25,927 nt of DNA from a virus (IMGVR_UViG_3300020042_003206:1-25927), one strand, 5' to 3'; counted from the stretch's first letter, positions 14,953 through 23,756 are shown. The notes: generated by a model not told the origin, from the letters alone. Numbers and translations are program-made.

Positions 14953-16149
14953 ATGTCAGAAGAAAACATACCAAACCAAACGCAAGCGGCTGATCCAGTC
15001 ATTGCGTCCACGCCAGAGCCAAACACAGAGTCATGGGAGAGTCAAATTTCCCGACAACTGAATAAGAAACCAGACATCAAGAAGGTTGACATCAAGAGTC
15101 TTGAAGATCTTCCAGATGGAATAATCCCCACAGACCTCGACTATGTAGCCGAGCAGGATGCCAACGACTATCTCAAGCAGATGGAAGGTGGCACTACTGA
15201 GCCTACTGAAAAGAAGTCCAAGAAGACCAAGGGAGTTAAGGCTGTTGAGGAGGAGAAAGTTACTGATAGCTTTGACATTTCAGACCTTGATCTATCCAAG
15301 GACATTGAGCCTTTAGAAACGCCCAAGAAGAAAACTAAGGAGGAGAACATTGCTGAACTCCGTAAGAAGGCTGAAGCCTACGAGGAGTCGCTGAAGGCAA
15401 AGGATACTGAGGTTCTTACATATCGTGAGAAACTTGAGAAGCTAGAGGGAGAGCTTGAGCGTACAGCCTTTGAGCGTTCCCCTAAGTTCAAGGAGAAGTA
15501 CGAAGCTCCATTTGCTTCATCCGTTGATAACGCCAAGGCATTTGCCAAGGAGTTTGCCGATGACGAGTCCATTGCTGAGCAGGCACTTTCCCTAAAGGGA
15601 AGGGAGCGTATCGACTTCATTGATGAATCTTTTGGTGGCGGTGCGGCGGCAGGACAATTCCTGTCTCTCGTTAATGATGCCGATAGTAAGCGTGGAGCCT
15701 TGGAGGGTGCGCTAGAAAACTATCGTGCTACAGCCAACGAGATTAACCAAGCCGAGCAACAGCAGAACATTAAGATCGTTGAGGAAGTCAACACGAACTT
15801 TGAGCGTATGACTAATCATCTCGCCCAGAAGAGTGACTTCTTCCGTATGACAGGAGATGACGATAACGATAAGCTAGTTAAGCAGAGGATTGAAGCGGCT
15901 AGGGCAATCATTCATGGGAACGCAACCCAGAATGAAATGACTGTGGCTCCATTCCTTGCTGTGATTGCTCGTGAGGCAGTTGCCGAGAATGATAAGCTGA
16001 AGGCAGAGCTTGCTAAGTATAAGAGCAGGGCCAAAGAAGATATCGCCGTCCAGCCTCGCATTAGCAAGGGATCATCTGATAATGATGATGGCGAAGTTAG
16101 GGGCAAGCCTAAGTCCATAATGGAGTCAATCCGTAGTCAGCTTCGATAA
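14953..16149 (+). CDS. Putative capsid scaffolding protein
   Basis: Acidic disordered N terminus, long coiled coils and a short basic C-terminal helix; lies downstream of the portal. Confidence 0.65.
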   Translation: MSEENIPNQTQAADPVIASTPEPNTESWESQISRQLNKKPDIKKVDIKSLEDLPDGIIPTDLDYVAEQDANDYLKQMEGGTTEPTEKKSKKTKGVKAVEEEKVTDSFDISDLDLSKDIEPLETPKKKTKEENIAELRKKAEAYEESLKAKDTEVLTYREKLEKLEGELERTAFERSPKFKEKYEAPFASSVDNAKAFAKEFADDESIAEQALSLKGRERIDFIDESFGGGAAAGQFLSLVNDADSKRGALEGALENYRATANEINQAEQQQNIKIVEEVNTNFERMTNHLAQKSDFFRMTGDDDNDKLVKQRIEAARAIIHGNATQNEMTVAPFLAVIAREAVAENDKLKAELAKYKSRAKEDIAVQPRISKGSSDNDDGEVRGKPKSIMESIRSQLR

Positions 16150-16167
16150 TTTGTCTTGGGTTGAGAC

Positions 16168-16199
16168 AGGGGGAGGGTGTTTAAAAGCATCCTCCCTCT
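16168..16199 (+). promoter_or_regulatory. Strong hairpin directly before the terminase start
   Basis: AGGGGGAGGGTGTT-taaa-AGCATCCTCCCTCT (14 bp with G-U pairs), ending 6 nt before ATG 16206. Confidence 0.7.
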
Positions 16200-16205
16200 A
16201 ACTTT

Positions 16206-17894
16206 ATGAAGCTCCAAACATACGGTATAGACTTTAGCAAGTTCCCGAACATCACTCAGCTTGAAATAGAGCTTTTGATGGTTGCGGATAAAGACCCTTC
16301 TCGCATTACAGGGATTAGTAGGGGTCAGCATATCAAGCATTGCATTCATATGCTTTGGCCCGATGTGATTAAAAGCTGGAATAACTGGAATGAGTTGGCG
16401 TTATGGGCATGGACGCACTATGACGAAATCGGAGTTACTGGATGTGCCGCCGCTGGTAAGACATTCACATTCACTTTGCTATCTCTGGTTGAGTATCTAG
16501 CTAAACCGATGGGAACTCGTGTGGCTTTAACGAGTACGACTGTTCCCTCGTTGCGTGGACGTATCTGGGCTGAGATGATGAGGTTCACTAGACCTTGCGT
16601 TCCCTTATTCGGGTTGAACATAGTGGATTCACAAACCAAGATCCAATTCACCAAGGGTGATGATAGGTCGGCTATAACCGCACTTGCCGTTGATTCTGGG
16701 GCTATAGAGCAAGCCGTTGGTAAGTTGCAGGGTGTTCACCTACCTAGAATGCTAATCATGGTTGACGAGGCCGCACAGACGAATCCAGCGGTATTCTCTG
16801 CACGAGCAAACTTGGCAGTTGGTACGGACTTCTACCACTTCATTGCCATCGCTAATGCCTCTAGTATGTTTGACCCTCATGGATTGTTCTGCGAACCGCA
16901 AATGGGATGGGGTAGCATTGGGGATGATGATGAGCATTGGGAGACGAAGACAGGGATTTGCGTTAGGTTTGATGGATTAAAGTCTCCAAACATTCAAGCT
17001 GGGAGGCTTATGTACCCATATCTCTTCGGACAGGATAACGTAGATACTATCCGTAAAAACTTTGGTGAGGGGAGTCTGGAGTGGAATAGCTATTGCAGGG
17101 GAATGTGGAGCAAGTCTGGAGCCAGAAATACAATGGTGGATTCCGCTATGATCACGGAGGGATGTGCCAGAGATAAGGTGATGTGGACAGGAGGTGATCT
17201 AAAGACACTAGCGGCACTAGACCCTGCATTCACGACCGAGGGAGATGATTGTATCTTGCGATTTGCCAAGGTGGGTAAGGCAACAGATGGCAACCTCACC
17301 ATCAACCTTACTGAAACTATCAAGCTTCAACTCATGGATGATCCCAACTATCCGCTATTCTATCAAGTAGCCGATCAGACGATTGAGTTACTAAAGAAGC
17401 ACAATGTGGAGCCAGAGAATTTTGCTCTTGACGCAACTGGTGCTGGTGCTGGTATTGCCGACATTATCTCCCAGCGGTGGCAGTCTGGGTTTGTGCGAGT
17501 GAGCTTTGGAGGTGCGGCTACGGATTCTCCAATTAGCGTGGAGGATGAGCGTCCTGCAAAACAAGTCTATGCCAATCGGGTAACTCAGCTATGGGGGCAG
17601 ATCAAAGTGATCATTATGAGTGGCAGAATGAGAGGTTTGGATGATCAGACGGCACGAGAGCTTTGCGCTAGAATCTATTCCCTCAAGAATGAACGCACGT
17701 TACTTGAGAGTAAGAAGGACTTGAAGAAGCGAACCAAGGGAGGGTCGCCAGATAGAGCAGACGCACTTGCTCTCCTTACTGAGTTATTTGTCCTACAAAA
17801 CGGATTCGGAGATGCCACAGGAAGTCAATCCTCAAATTCTGATGATTGGGATGAATTTGTTCTCGACAATGAGTTGGAGTCTGACTATCGGTAG
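16206..17894 (+). CDS. terL: Terminase large subunit
   Basis: Walker A GCAAAGKT, Walker B IMVDEAA, and nuclease motifs ALDPA, LDATGAGAG and SPDRADAL. Confidence 0.92.
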   Translation: MKLQTYGIDFSKFPNITQLEIELLMVADKDPSRITGISRGQHIKHCIHMLWPDVIKSWNNWNELALWAWTHYDEIGVTGCAAAGKTFTFTLLSLVEYLAKPMGTRVALTSTTVPSLRGRIWAEMMRFTRPCVPLFGLNIVDSQTKIQFTKGDDRSAITALAVDSGAIEQAVGKLQGVHLPRMLIMVDEAAQTNPAVFSARANLAVGTDFYHFIAIANASSMFDPHGLFCEPQMGWGSIGDDDEHWETKTGICVRFDGLKSPNIQAGRLMYPYLFGQDNVDTIRKNFGEGSLEWNSYCRGMWSKSGARNTMVDSAMITEGCARDKVMWTGGDLKTLAALDPAFTTEGDDCILRFAKVGKATDGNLTINLTETIKLQLMDDPNYPLFYQVADQTIELLKKHNVEPENFALDATGAGAGIADIISQRWQSGFVRVSFGGAATDSPISVEDERPAKQVYANRVTQLWGQIKVIIMSGRMRGLDDQTARELCARIYSLKNERTLLESKKDLKKRTKGGSPDRADALALLTELFVLQNGFGDATGSQSSNSDDWDEFVLDNELESDYR

Positions 17895-17897
17895 CGG

Positions 17898-18677
17898 ATG
17901 GAAAAAACAAAACTGATACGAAACGCCCCTCACCAGAAATACTTTCTGGCAGACGGCACACAAGTAAGCGGTGGCTCGACCATCTGCAAGATCGGAGAGG
18001 ATGCTGGTGGTCTCATCCATTGGGCATGGGATCTAGGCAGGAAGGGGCAGGACTATCGCAAGGAGAGGGACAATGCCGCCGACATTGGCACGATTGCCCA
18101 TTTCCTTATTGAATGCTACCTCAATGGGCAAGTAGCCGACTTGGATGACTACTCAACGCAAGACATTGAGAAAGCCCTGCTGTGCTATAACAAGTTTCAC
18201 GATTGGTGGGAGGATGCCAAGCTCACAAAGGTCGCTACGGAAATCCAACTCGTGAATGAGTATCACCGATATGGTGGCACGATTGATCTTATTGCAACCA
18301 ATGAGGCAGGAGACTATATCCTTATCGACTTCAAGACATCCAAGAAGATTTCTGAGTCATACTGGAGGCAAGCCGCTGGGTACGCACAGCTTTGGAACTG
18401 CAATCAGCCCCCTATTCCAATTTTAGAATCGGATCGACTAAATTGTGAATTTCGTAGTATCAGCAGTTATCTGCCAGCAGGAGTAAACTTTGTAGAACGC
18501 ATGAATCAAATCACCAATCATGCCATCGTGCGTATTGGCAAGGAAGAGGAAGGTGACTTTGAAGTGGTATGGAAGGATGACCTATCCAACTACTGGAACA
18601 CATTCAAACAGCAAGTGCTGGTCTGGTGGGCATTGAAGGAAGAGAAGCCCAAGAAAGAAAAGAAGACTAAACAGTAA
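17898..18677 (+). CDS. PD-(D/E)XK exonuclease (RecB/Cas4-like)
   Basis: GTIAHFLIE, YGGTIDLI, IDFKTS and QAAGYA motifs. Confidence 0.85.
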   Translation: MEKTKLIRNAPHQKYFLADGTQVSGGSTICKIGEDAGGLIHWAWDLGRKGQDYRKERDNAADIGTIAHFLIECYLNGQVADLDDYSTQDIEKALLCYNKFHDWWEDAKLTKVATEIQLVNEYHRYGGTIDLIATNEAGDYILIDFKTSKKISESYWRQAAGYAQLWNCNQPPIPILESDRLNCEFRSISSYLPAGVNFVERMNQITNHAIVRIGKEEEGDFEVVWKDDLSNYWNTFKQQVLVWWALKEEKPKKEKKTKQ

Positions 18678-19234
18678 TGGCCTTTAAACTATCAATCCCT
18701 CAGTCCGTTCTTGCTGATTCTGCAACTCTTTCCCTGCAAGCCTCTATTGGCAAGCGTGGAGATGTGGTTGATGGATCTCACGAGAACCAACTTATCGGCA
18801 TGATAGGTGAAAATCTCATTCTTCATCAACTAGGTTTAAAGAAAATGGAAATCCTAAATGGTGTTGATTGCGGATTTGATCTTGAGATCATGGGCAAGAA
18901 AATTGATGTGAAGACAATGGGCAGAACGTCTCCTCCAACCTTAGACCAGACCAACGCACTATTTGAGCATCAAGCACAATCAAGTGTTGATGCTTACATA
19001 TTCTGCAATCTTCTCAGGAAAGAAATGAAGATGGTGGTATGCGGATGGATTCCCAAATCATTGTTTATGGAACGTGCAACATACTATCCAGCAGGGTTCG
19101 TTAAGGTCTTGTCAAACGGAAAGTCAATTACATTCAAGTCAGGAAATTACGAAATTAAAAATTCAGATATTTATTTTGATTCCAAAAATATCGCAGAGCT
19201 TCTATATCAGATCACCCATTGGTGCAAAAACTAA
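18677..19234 (+). CDS. Restriction-endonuclease-fold PD-(D/E)XK nuclease
   Basis: GMIGE, GFDL, IDVKT, DAYIF and VCGW motifs. Confidence 0.7.
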   Translation: MAFKLSIPQSVLADSATLSLQASIGKRGDVVDGSHENQLIGMIGENLILHQLGLKKMEILNGVDCGFDLEIMGKKIDVKTMGRTSPPTLDQTNALFEHQAQSSVDAYIFCNLLRKEMKMVVCGWIPKSLFMERATYYPAGFVKVLSNGKSITFKSGNYEIKNSDIYFDSKNIAELLYQITHWCKN

Positions 19235-19249
19235 CCAACAAACAACAAC

Positions 19250-20503
19250 ATGACATCACCACAATCCTGCGATGCTGAGAAGGCATTCATCTCGGCAATC
19301 CTCCAGCGTCCTAGTATCATCAATGAAGCGGCTGATCAAATTAGCGAGAAGCTATTCTTCCATCCTGCTCATAAGCGAATATTCAACTCAGCCATTGAGC
19401 TTTGGAAGGAAGGGCAGGGTTGTGATCTAGTAACCATTACTGAGCATATGAGTAATGCTGGCACTCTGGAGCTATCTGGTGGGGCGGCATTCGTAACGGA
19501 ATGTTTCATTGCTCCATGCGTTGTGAGTAACTGGGAGGGATATGTGGAGATCTTAAAGCACAAGCACACCTCTAGGCTTGCCATTGCCGCCGCCGAAAGG
19601 ATTATTGCTAGTGCCAATGACCCAGCCTCCGCAGGAGAGTTAAGCGAGATAGTTCAGAAGGCACTCATTGCGGTTGCCGCCGATTCAGAAACAACGTCTC
19701 GCATTGAGAGCGTGAAGGAGGTTGCTTTTGAGCGACTAGCGGAGTATGACGCAATGGTTAAGAATAAGGGCAAGCTGATTGGAATCACAAGTGGCTTTAG
19801 ATTGTTAGACGAACTCACAGGAGGCTTTCGCAATGGTCAGCTAGTAGTGATCGGTGCGCCTACTAAGGGCGGTAAGACAGCTATGGCATTGAATATGGCA
19901 ATGCGTACCGCTGACATTGGCGAGAATCCAGTTGGCATTATTTCGCTTGAGATGAGCAAGGGGGAGCTTATTGATCGTCTAATTGCCTCCAAGTCTGGAG
20001 CAGACCTATCCCTGCTAACCAAGGCTGGAGACGTAGACAAGCAACTCATGAATAGGATCGGTCACGGTGTTGATCAGATAGGCCGACTCCCCATTTGGAT
20101 TCGGGATGAGAGTAGCCTAAACTGCCTTCAGTTGAGGGCGGCTGTAAGACGAATGGTTGCCGTCCACAAAGTCAAGCTAGTGGTCGTGGACTACATCCAA
20201 TTGCTTGAGCCTACCAACACCAAGGACAGCAGGGAAAGACAGGTTGCAGAGGCTTCTAGGACGCTTAAAACACTAGCCAAGGAGCTAGGCATTGTGATCA
20301 TTGCTCTCACTCAGCTTAATTCTGATGGAGCCTCACGAGAGTCAAGGGCCATCGAACATGATTGCGATTTATTCTTGACAATCTCTCAGGATCAAAAAGA
20401 CCAGAAGAGTTGGTTCTTAAACATAAAGCTTGCTAGGGCTTGTCCTCGTGCTAGTATACCTCTTACGTTCCAATCTGAGTTCCTACGATTTGACGAACGC
20501 TAA
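19250..20503 (+). CDS. dnaB: Replicative DNA helicase, DnaB family
   Basis: N-terminal AE...L/FF...H..IF domain, GITSGF..LD.LTGG, Walker A GAPTKGGKT, SLEM, VVDYIQL and QLN...RES..IEHDCD. Confidence 0.95.
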   Translation: MTSPQSCDAEKAFISAILQRPSIINEAADQISEKLFFHPAHKRIFNSAIELWKEGQGCDLVTITEHMSNAGTLELSGGAAFVTECFIAPCVVSNWEGYVEILKHKHTSRLAIAAAERIIASANDPASAGELSEIVQKALIAVAADSETTSRIESVKEVAFERLAEYDAMVKNKGKLIGITSGFRLLDELTGGFRNGQLVVIGAPTKGGKTAMALNMAMRTADIGENPVGIISLEMSKGELIDRLIASKSGADLSLLTKAGDVDKQLMNRIGHGVDQIGRLPIWIRDESSLNCLQLRAAVRRMVAVHKVKLVVVDYIQLLEPTNTKDSRERQVAEASRTLKTLAKELGIVIIALTQLNSDGASRESRAIEHDCDLFLTISQDQKDQKSWFLNIKLARACPRASIPLTFQSEFLRFDER

Positions 20504-20516
20504 CCCAAAAACAACA

Positions 20517-20735
20517 ATGACAATAATAGACGCAGACGAAATATGGATGGTCGAGTATAGCGGTTCTCAAGACTGCTTTCACATGGAAGAAGTAAGCACA
20601 CGCATACAAGATAGTATGTGGAATTGTATTAACAAAGACAAAAGGGATTGGTATACTGTAGGTCTTTTTGCCTCAATGAAAGATGCGGCAGATTGCATTA
20701 CAATGCTCCTCAAGAAACAAAACCGAAACAAATAA
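20517..20735 (+). CDS. Hypothetical protein
   Basis: ATG after an AACAACA leader; WMVEYS.SQDCFH.E motif. Confidence 0.65.
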   Translation: MTIIDADEIWMVEYSGSQDCFHMEEVSTRIQDSMWNCINKDKRDWYTVGLFASMKDAADCITMLLKKQNRNK

Positions 20736-20739
20736 ATAT

Positions 20740-21006
20740 ATGCCAGAATACGACAACACAAATAAGGGTGCGGCTTTCCGCAAAGACAATGCAAATCCAA
20801 AAGCTCCGAAATGGGCTGGCCCTCTCAATGTAGAAGGCAAGGATTTTGAGATTAGTGTATGGGAGAAAACCTCCAAGAACGGAGATGTGTTTCTTTCCTT
20901 CGGGGTCAAGCCTCCATATAAAAAAGGAGTTGACAGCCACAACAAGGCCAAGGGAAATGGATACCAGCCTCAGCGCACCGATAGCGACGAGGACATTCCG
21001 TTCTAA
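20740..21006 (+). CDS. Single-stranded DNA-binding protein, DUF736-like
   Basis: YDNTNKG..F, P.W.G...V.G....ISVW...SK.G..FLS and an acidic DEDIPF tail. Confidence 0.75.
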   Translation: MPEYDNTNKGAAFRKDNANPKAPKWAGPLNVEGKDFEISVWEKTSKNGDVFLSFGVKPPYKKGVDSHNKAKGNGYQPQRTDSDEDIPF

Positions 21007-21032
21007 GATTTGCTGGCAATTGTTGGTCGCAT

Positions 21033-21075
21033 AGCCCCCATCCAGTTGTCATGTTCTGGGTGGGGGTTTCCTTTT
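21033..21075 (+). terminator. Rho-independent terminator
   Basis: AGCCCCCATCCAG-N10-CTGGGTGGGGGTT followed by TCCTTTT. Confidence 0.8.
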
Positions 21076-21188
21076 GAGTTAGTGTTTATGCGGCTCCAGA
21101 GGGCATGAAAATAATTGAAAATAATTCTTGATCGAAATTAAAAAACTGATTGAATGGTTTCAAGCGGATCAACCAGCCGCATTACAAA

Positions 21189-21434
21189 ATGACAAACATA
21201 AAATACATGGCGGCATTAGCCGCAATCACAGCAAGCGTGTCGGCATACGACATTCCTGCTGAACTATTGGAGCGTGGAGAGTCACGACCATACCTGAGTG
21301 ATTCACGAGTCATCGTGATTGACAACAGGGAGCCAGCAATTGAAACCGCATATAGCTCCATGATGCGCCATTACTACGATTCCGTCTGGCAGGATCGTAC
21401 TCCCGTAGCCCCAATTATCATCCTTGAAAAATGA
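21189..21434 (+). CDS. Small exported protein (signal-peptide-like N terminus)
   Basis: MTNIKYMAALAAITASVSA-YDIP. Confidence 0.6.
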   Translation: MTNIKYMAALAAITASVSAYDIPAELLERGESRPYLSDSRVIVIDNREPAIETAYSSMMRHYYDSVWQDRTPVAPIIILEK

Positions 21435-21649
21435 ACGCATTTGTTATCGCCACAGGATGTATTGGATTGGTAGCATCGTATGTGCTGGGGCTGTGGCTCT
21501 ACGGACATCATGTTCGCAGAATTCAGCTTGAGGAACTAGCAGACCTATTCCGCAAGGATCAAGAGAAGTTCAACCTATACTTCTACAACATCGCAATTCA
21601 GATAACCAAACAAGAGATAGCCCAACAAGACAACAACCCAAAAGCATGA
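21431..21649 (+). CDS. Small membrane protein
   Basis: N-terminal TM segment; ATGA-coupled. Confidence 0.65.
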   Translation: MNAFVIATGCIGLVASYVLGLWLYGHHVRRIQLEELADLFRKDQEKFNLYFYNIAIQITKQEIAQQDNNPKA

Positions 21650-21840
21650 ACAACAACGACGAATACATGGACAGCCTAGAAAAGAAAATTGCCTCCCTTG
21701 AGAAAAGGCTTGAGGCACAGGAGCAGGAGTTCTTCACTCTTCTAGATGTGATCAAGGACATCCGCATGATGAACTCTTTCGGTAAGACGAAAGACATAGC
21801 CGACGAGATTGATTCACTCATTAAGAAATACACCGAATAA
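21646..21840 (+). CDS. Hypothetical coiled-coil protein
   Basis: ATGA-coupled, heptad pattern. Confidence 0.65.
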   Translation: MNNNDEYMDSLEKKIASLEKRLEAQEQEFFTLLDVIKDIRMMNSFGKTKDIADEIDSLIKKYTE

Positions 21841-21876
21841 AACAACAATCAGTTAACACAATACAAATAACTAATT

Positions 21877-22203
21877 ATGAGCATTATTATACCAGCAGGA
21901 GTAGATGAAGAGTCAGTACGAGTCCCAATGCAGTTCCCGCTTAGGGCGCAGAATGACAGCGTAGTGGACGCTAGTGATCGTTGCGTCCTCACAATGGACG
22001 ATAGCGTTTTTATTGGAGAGAGCTTGAAGTTTGCCAAGCTATTCGCCAAGGCTCCCGAAATGTGGGAGCTACTTGGTGACGCTTATGTGGTGCTATCGGC
22101 AGTTGCTAAGACTAGCGGAGTGGATCACGGAACACCCGAAGAGCAGGGCAAGGAGGATTGTATTCTTTGCCGTTGTGAAGCCCTCCTACATTCACTTGCA
22201 TGA
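21877..22203 (+). CDS. Hypothetical protein
   Basis: LFAKAPEMWELL motif common in small phage proteins, and H...CILC at the end. Confidence 0.7.
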   Translation: MSIIIPAGVDEESVRVPMQFPLRAQNDSVVDASDRCVLTMDDSVFIGESLKFAKLFAKAPEMWELLGDAYVVLSAVAKTSGVDHGTPEEQGKEDCILCRCEALLHSLA

Positions 22204-22472
22204 AGAAGGGAATCAAGTTCGTCAACTACGTACCTCATAACAAGTTCGTCCACATTGATACCAAGGGGGATGACTATGAGGATTACCTTACCAATCTGTC
22301 TCATACTGTGAGCGTTGCTTGTGATAAGTTCTTTTCCAAGCGAGGCATCTTCACGATCAATCCTTTCCAGAAAACAGGAGATGATGAGGATCGCAACAAG
22401 AGAGCGCAGACCTCAATGCAGGAGGCATGGAAGATAGCGAAGGAAGAGCAGGAAAAGGAGAAAGTCAAATGA
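22200..22472 (+). CDS. Hypothetical protein
   Basis: ATGA overlaps at both ends. Confidence 0.65.
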   Translation: MKKGIKFVNYVPHNKFVHIDTKGDDYEDYLTNLSHTVSVACDKFFSKRGIFTINPFQKTGDDEDRNKRAQTSMQEAWKIAKEEQEKEKVK

Positions 22473-23077
22473 ACCACCATTGCTTAAACGCCAGCGTTCC
22501 CCAACACCTCTACGGCTATGTCGCCGCCGACATCCTGCATGGTCTGGATGGACGCAAAGACTTGGAGGCTTGCGTGATTATCGGGGTGACTAGCATCCCT
22601 AGCCGAGCATTGCATTTCTCTATTCTCTGCGAGTCAGGCGCACAATGGGCTAGGATACCTTTGCATAAGCTATACCATGAGAAGCCTAAAATTGCACCTC
22701 ACCCTATCACGCACCTGCAAATGTGGGACGCACACGGATGGGACTTCTCAGTATGCCGATATGAATATCTCAGGGAAATGAGTTGCCATTATCTTGATAG
22801 GGAAGGCAAGAGCATTCCAGCATCCTATTGGTTCACCTTGGATCATACCGACAATGGATATAGCCAGTACCCTTCCGAGCATAAATGCTATCACATTCTT
22901 CTGTTAGAGGACGGAAGTGGTCAGATCGGAGCGCAACCCAACAATCGTATTATCTGGCACGACGATTCTTTTGTTAAGCCAACTGATGCACAGAAATCAT
23001 ATAGGGTCATGCCCCCGACTACTTGGCATTCTGAAGTTGGAAGAAACGCACAAGAAACTGCATTTACAAAAGACTAA
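22469..23077 (+). CDS. Conserved phage hypothetical protein
   Basis: LNASVP, QMWD, YWFTLD, PSEHKCYH and AQPNNRIIW motifs. Confidence 0.8.
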   Translation: MNHHCLNASVPQHLYGYVAADILHGLDGRKDLEACVIIGVTSIPSRALHFSILCESGAQWARIPLHKLYHEKPKIAPHPITHLQMWDAHGWDFSVCRYEYLREMSCHYLDREGKSIPASYWFTLDHTDNGYSQYPSEHKCYHILLLEDGSGQIGAQPNNRIIWHDDSFVKPTDAQKSYRVMPPTTWHSEVGRNAQETAFTKD

Positions 23078-23091
23078 AACTAAATAACCTC

Positions 23092-23129
23092 AATCGTCCT
23101 GCCTAGAAAAGCCGAATCGCCCTGCCTAG
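23092..23129. repeat. 15-nt direct repeat pair
   Basis: AATCGTCCTGCCTAG (23092) and AATCGCCCTGCCTAG (23115). Confidence 0.8.
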
Positions 23130-23164
23130 CGTGGTGGAAGCTGAGACTAAACTGGAGATTGCTC

Positions 23165-23229
23165 AACGCCCGACGAAGTGACCCGACGAAAACGCCCGAC
23201 GAAGTGACCCGACGAAAACGCCCGACGAA
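23165..23229. repeat. Iteron-like tandem repeat, 5 x 13 nt (2.5 x 26 nt)
   Basis: CCCGACGAA at 23169, 23182, 23195, 23208 and 23221, with alternating AACG/GTGA linkers. Confidence 0.95.
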
Positions 23230-23322
23230 ACGGAATACTATCGAAAAAAATCAATGTAAGCGGAAGTAAGTAAATGCGTGTAATCGTCTTACAAACCACA
23301 AAGTTAGTAAATGTGTGTAATG

Positions 23323-23411
23323 GTAAGACAAAATACATTGTAAGTAATTGCGAGTATTTGTAATACAATGACAAAGTAAGAGAATGTAAGACAAAATACA
23401 TTGTAAGTAAT
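23323..23411. repeat. 26-nt direct repeat pair in an AT-rich, GTAA-dense tract
   Basis: GTAAGACAAAATACATTGTAAGTAAT at 23323 and 23386. Confidence 0.9.
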
Positions 23412-23451
23412 GGTAAGTGATTGTAAGACAAGTGTATGACAAAGCATAAAA

Positions 23452-23520
23452 GCCCCTAGAATCGTTTTTATTTTTTGGTGAATCATCATAGCAAGGGAAG
23501 ATAAAAATGATTTATAGGGC
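23452..23520 (+). other. Long imperfect inverted repeat
   Basis: GCCCCTAGAATCGTTTTTATTTT ... AAGATAAAAATGATTTATAGGGC. Confidence 0.65.
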
Positions 23521-23578
23521 ATTCTCGTGCGTTATTTTTTCTCATCATCCTGACATAAAGGGCATAAATTAAAGGCAC

Positions 23579-23610
23579 AAAAAAGGGGGGGAATTTATCC
23601 CCCCCTTTTT
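23579..23610. terminator. Bidirectional terminator between converging gene blocks
   Basis: A6-G7-aatttat-C7-T5. Confidence 0.9.
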
Positions 23611-23630
23611 CTTGCTTTGTTATTGGTTCC

Positions 23631-23756
23631 CTATTTCCTGCCCTCCTCCTGCTTCCTTTGTCGCCACATTGTCGAGAGACAAGCGTAGAATGTGAATGCT
23701 GGTAGGGATAGAAGTATCCCTATGACGGATATTTTTAACGCTTCAAGGATTGTCAT
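23631..23756 (-). CDS. Small membrane protein (41 aa)
   Basis: MTILEALKISVIGILLSLPAFTFYACLSTMWRQRKQEEGRK. Confidence 0.55.
   Translation of the reverse strand: MTILEALKISVIGILLSLPAFTFYACLSTMWRQRKQEEGRK

Noticed and set aside
23129-23169. tRNA-like start GCGTGGTGGAA
   Set aside because: There is no T-loop GTTCRA and no cloverleaf.
23323-23411. Mini CRISPR array (26-nt repeat, 37-nt spacer)
   Set aside because: There are only two copies, the spacer is built from the same GTAA words, and there is no cas operon. The RecB/Cas4-like nuclease is an ordinary phage exonuclease type.
23147-23522. Three - strand ORFs over the repeat region
   Set aside because: They are low-complexity translations of the DNA repeats, overlap each other, and lie beyond the terminator that ends the - strand block.
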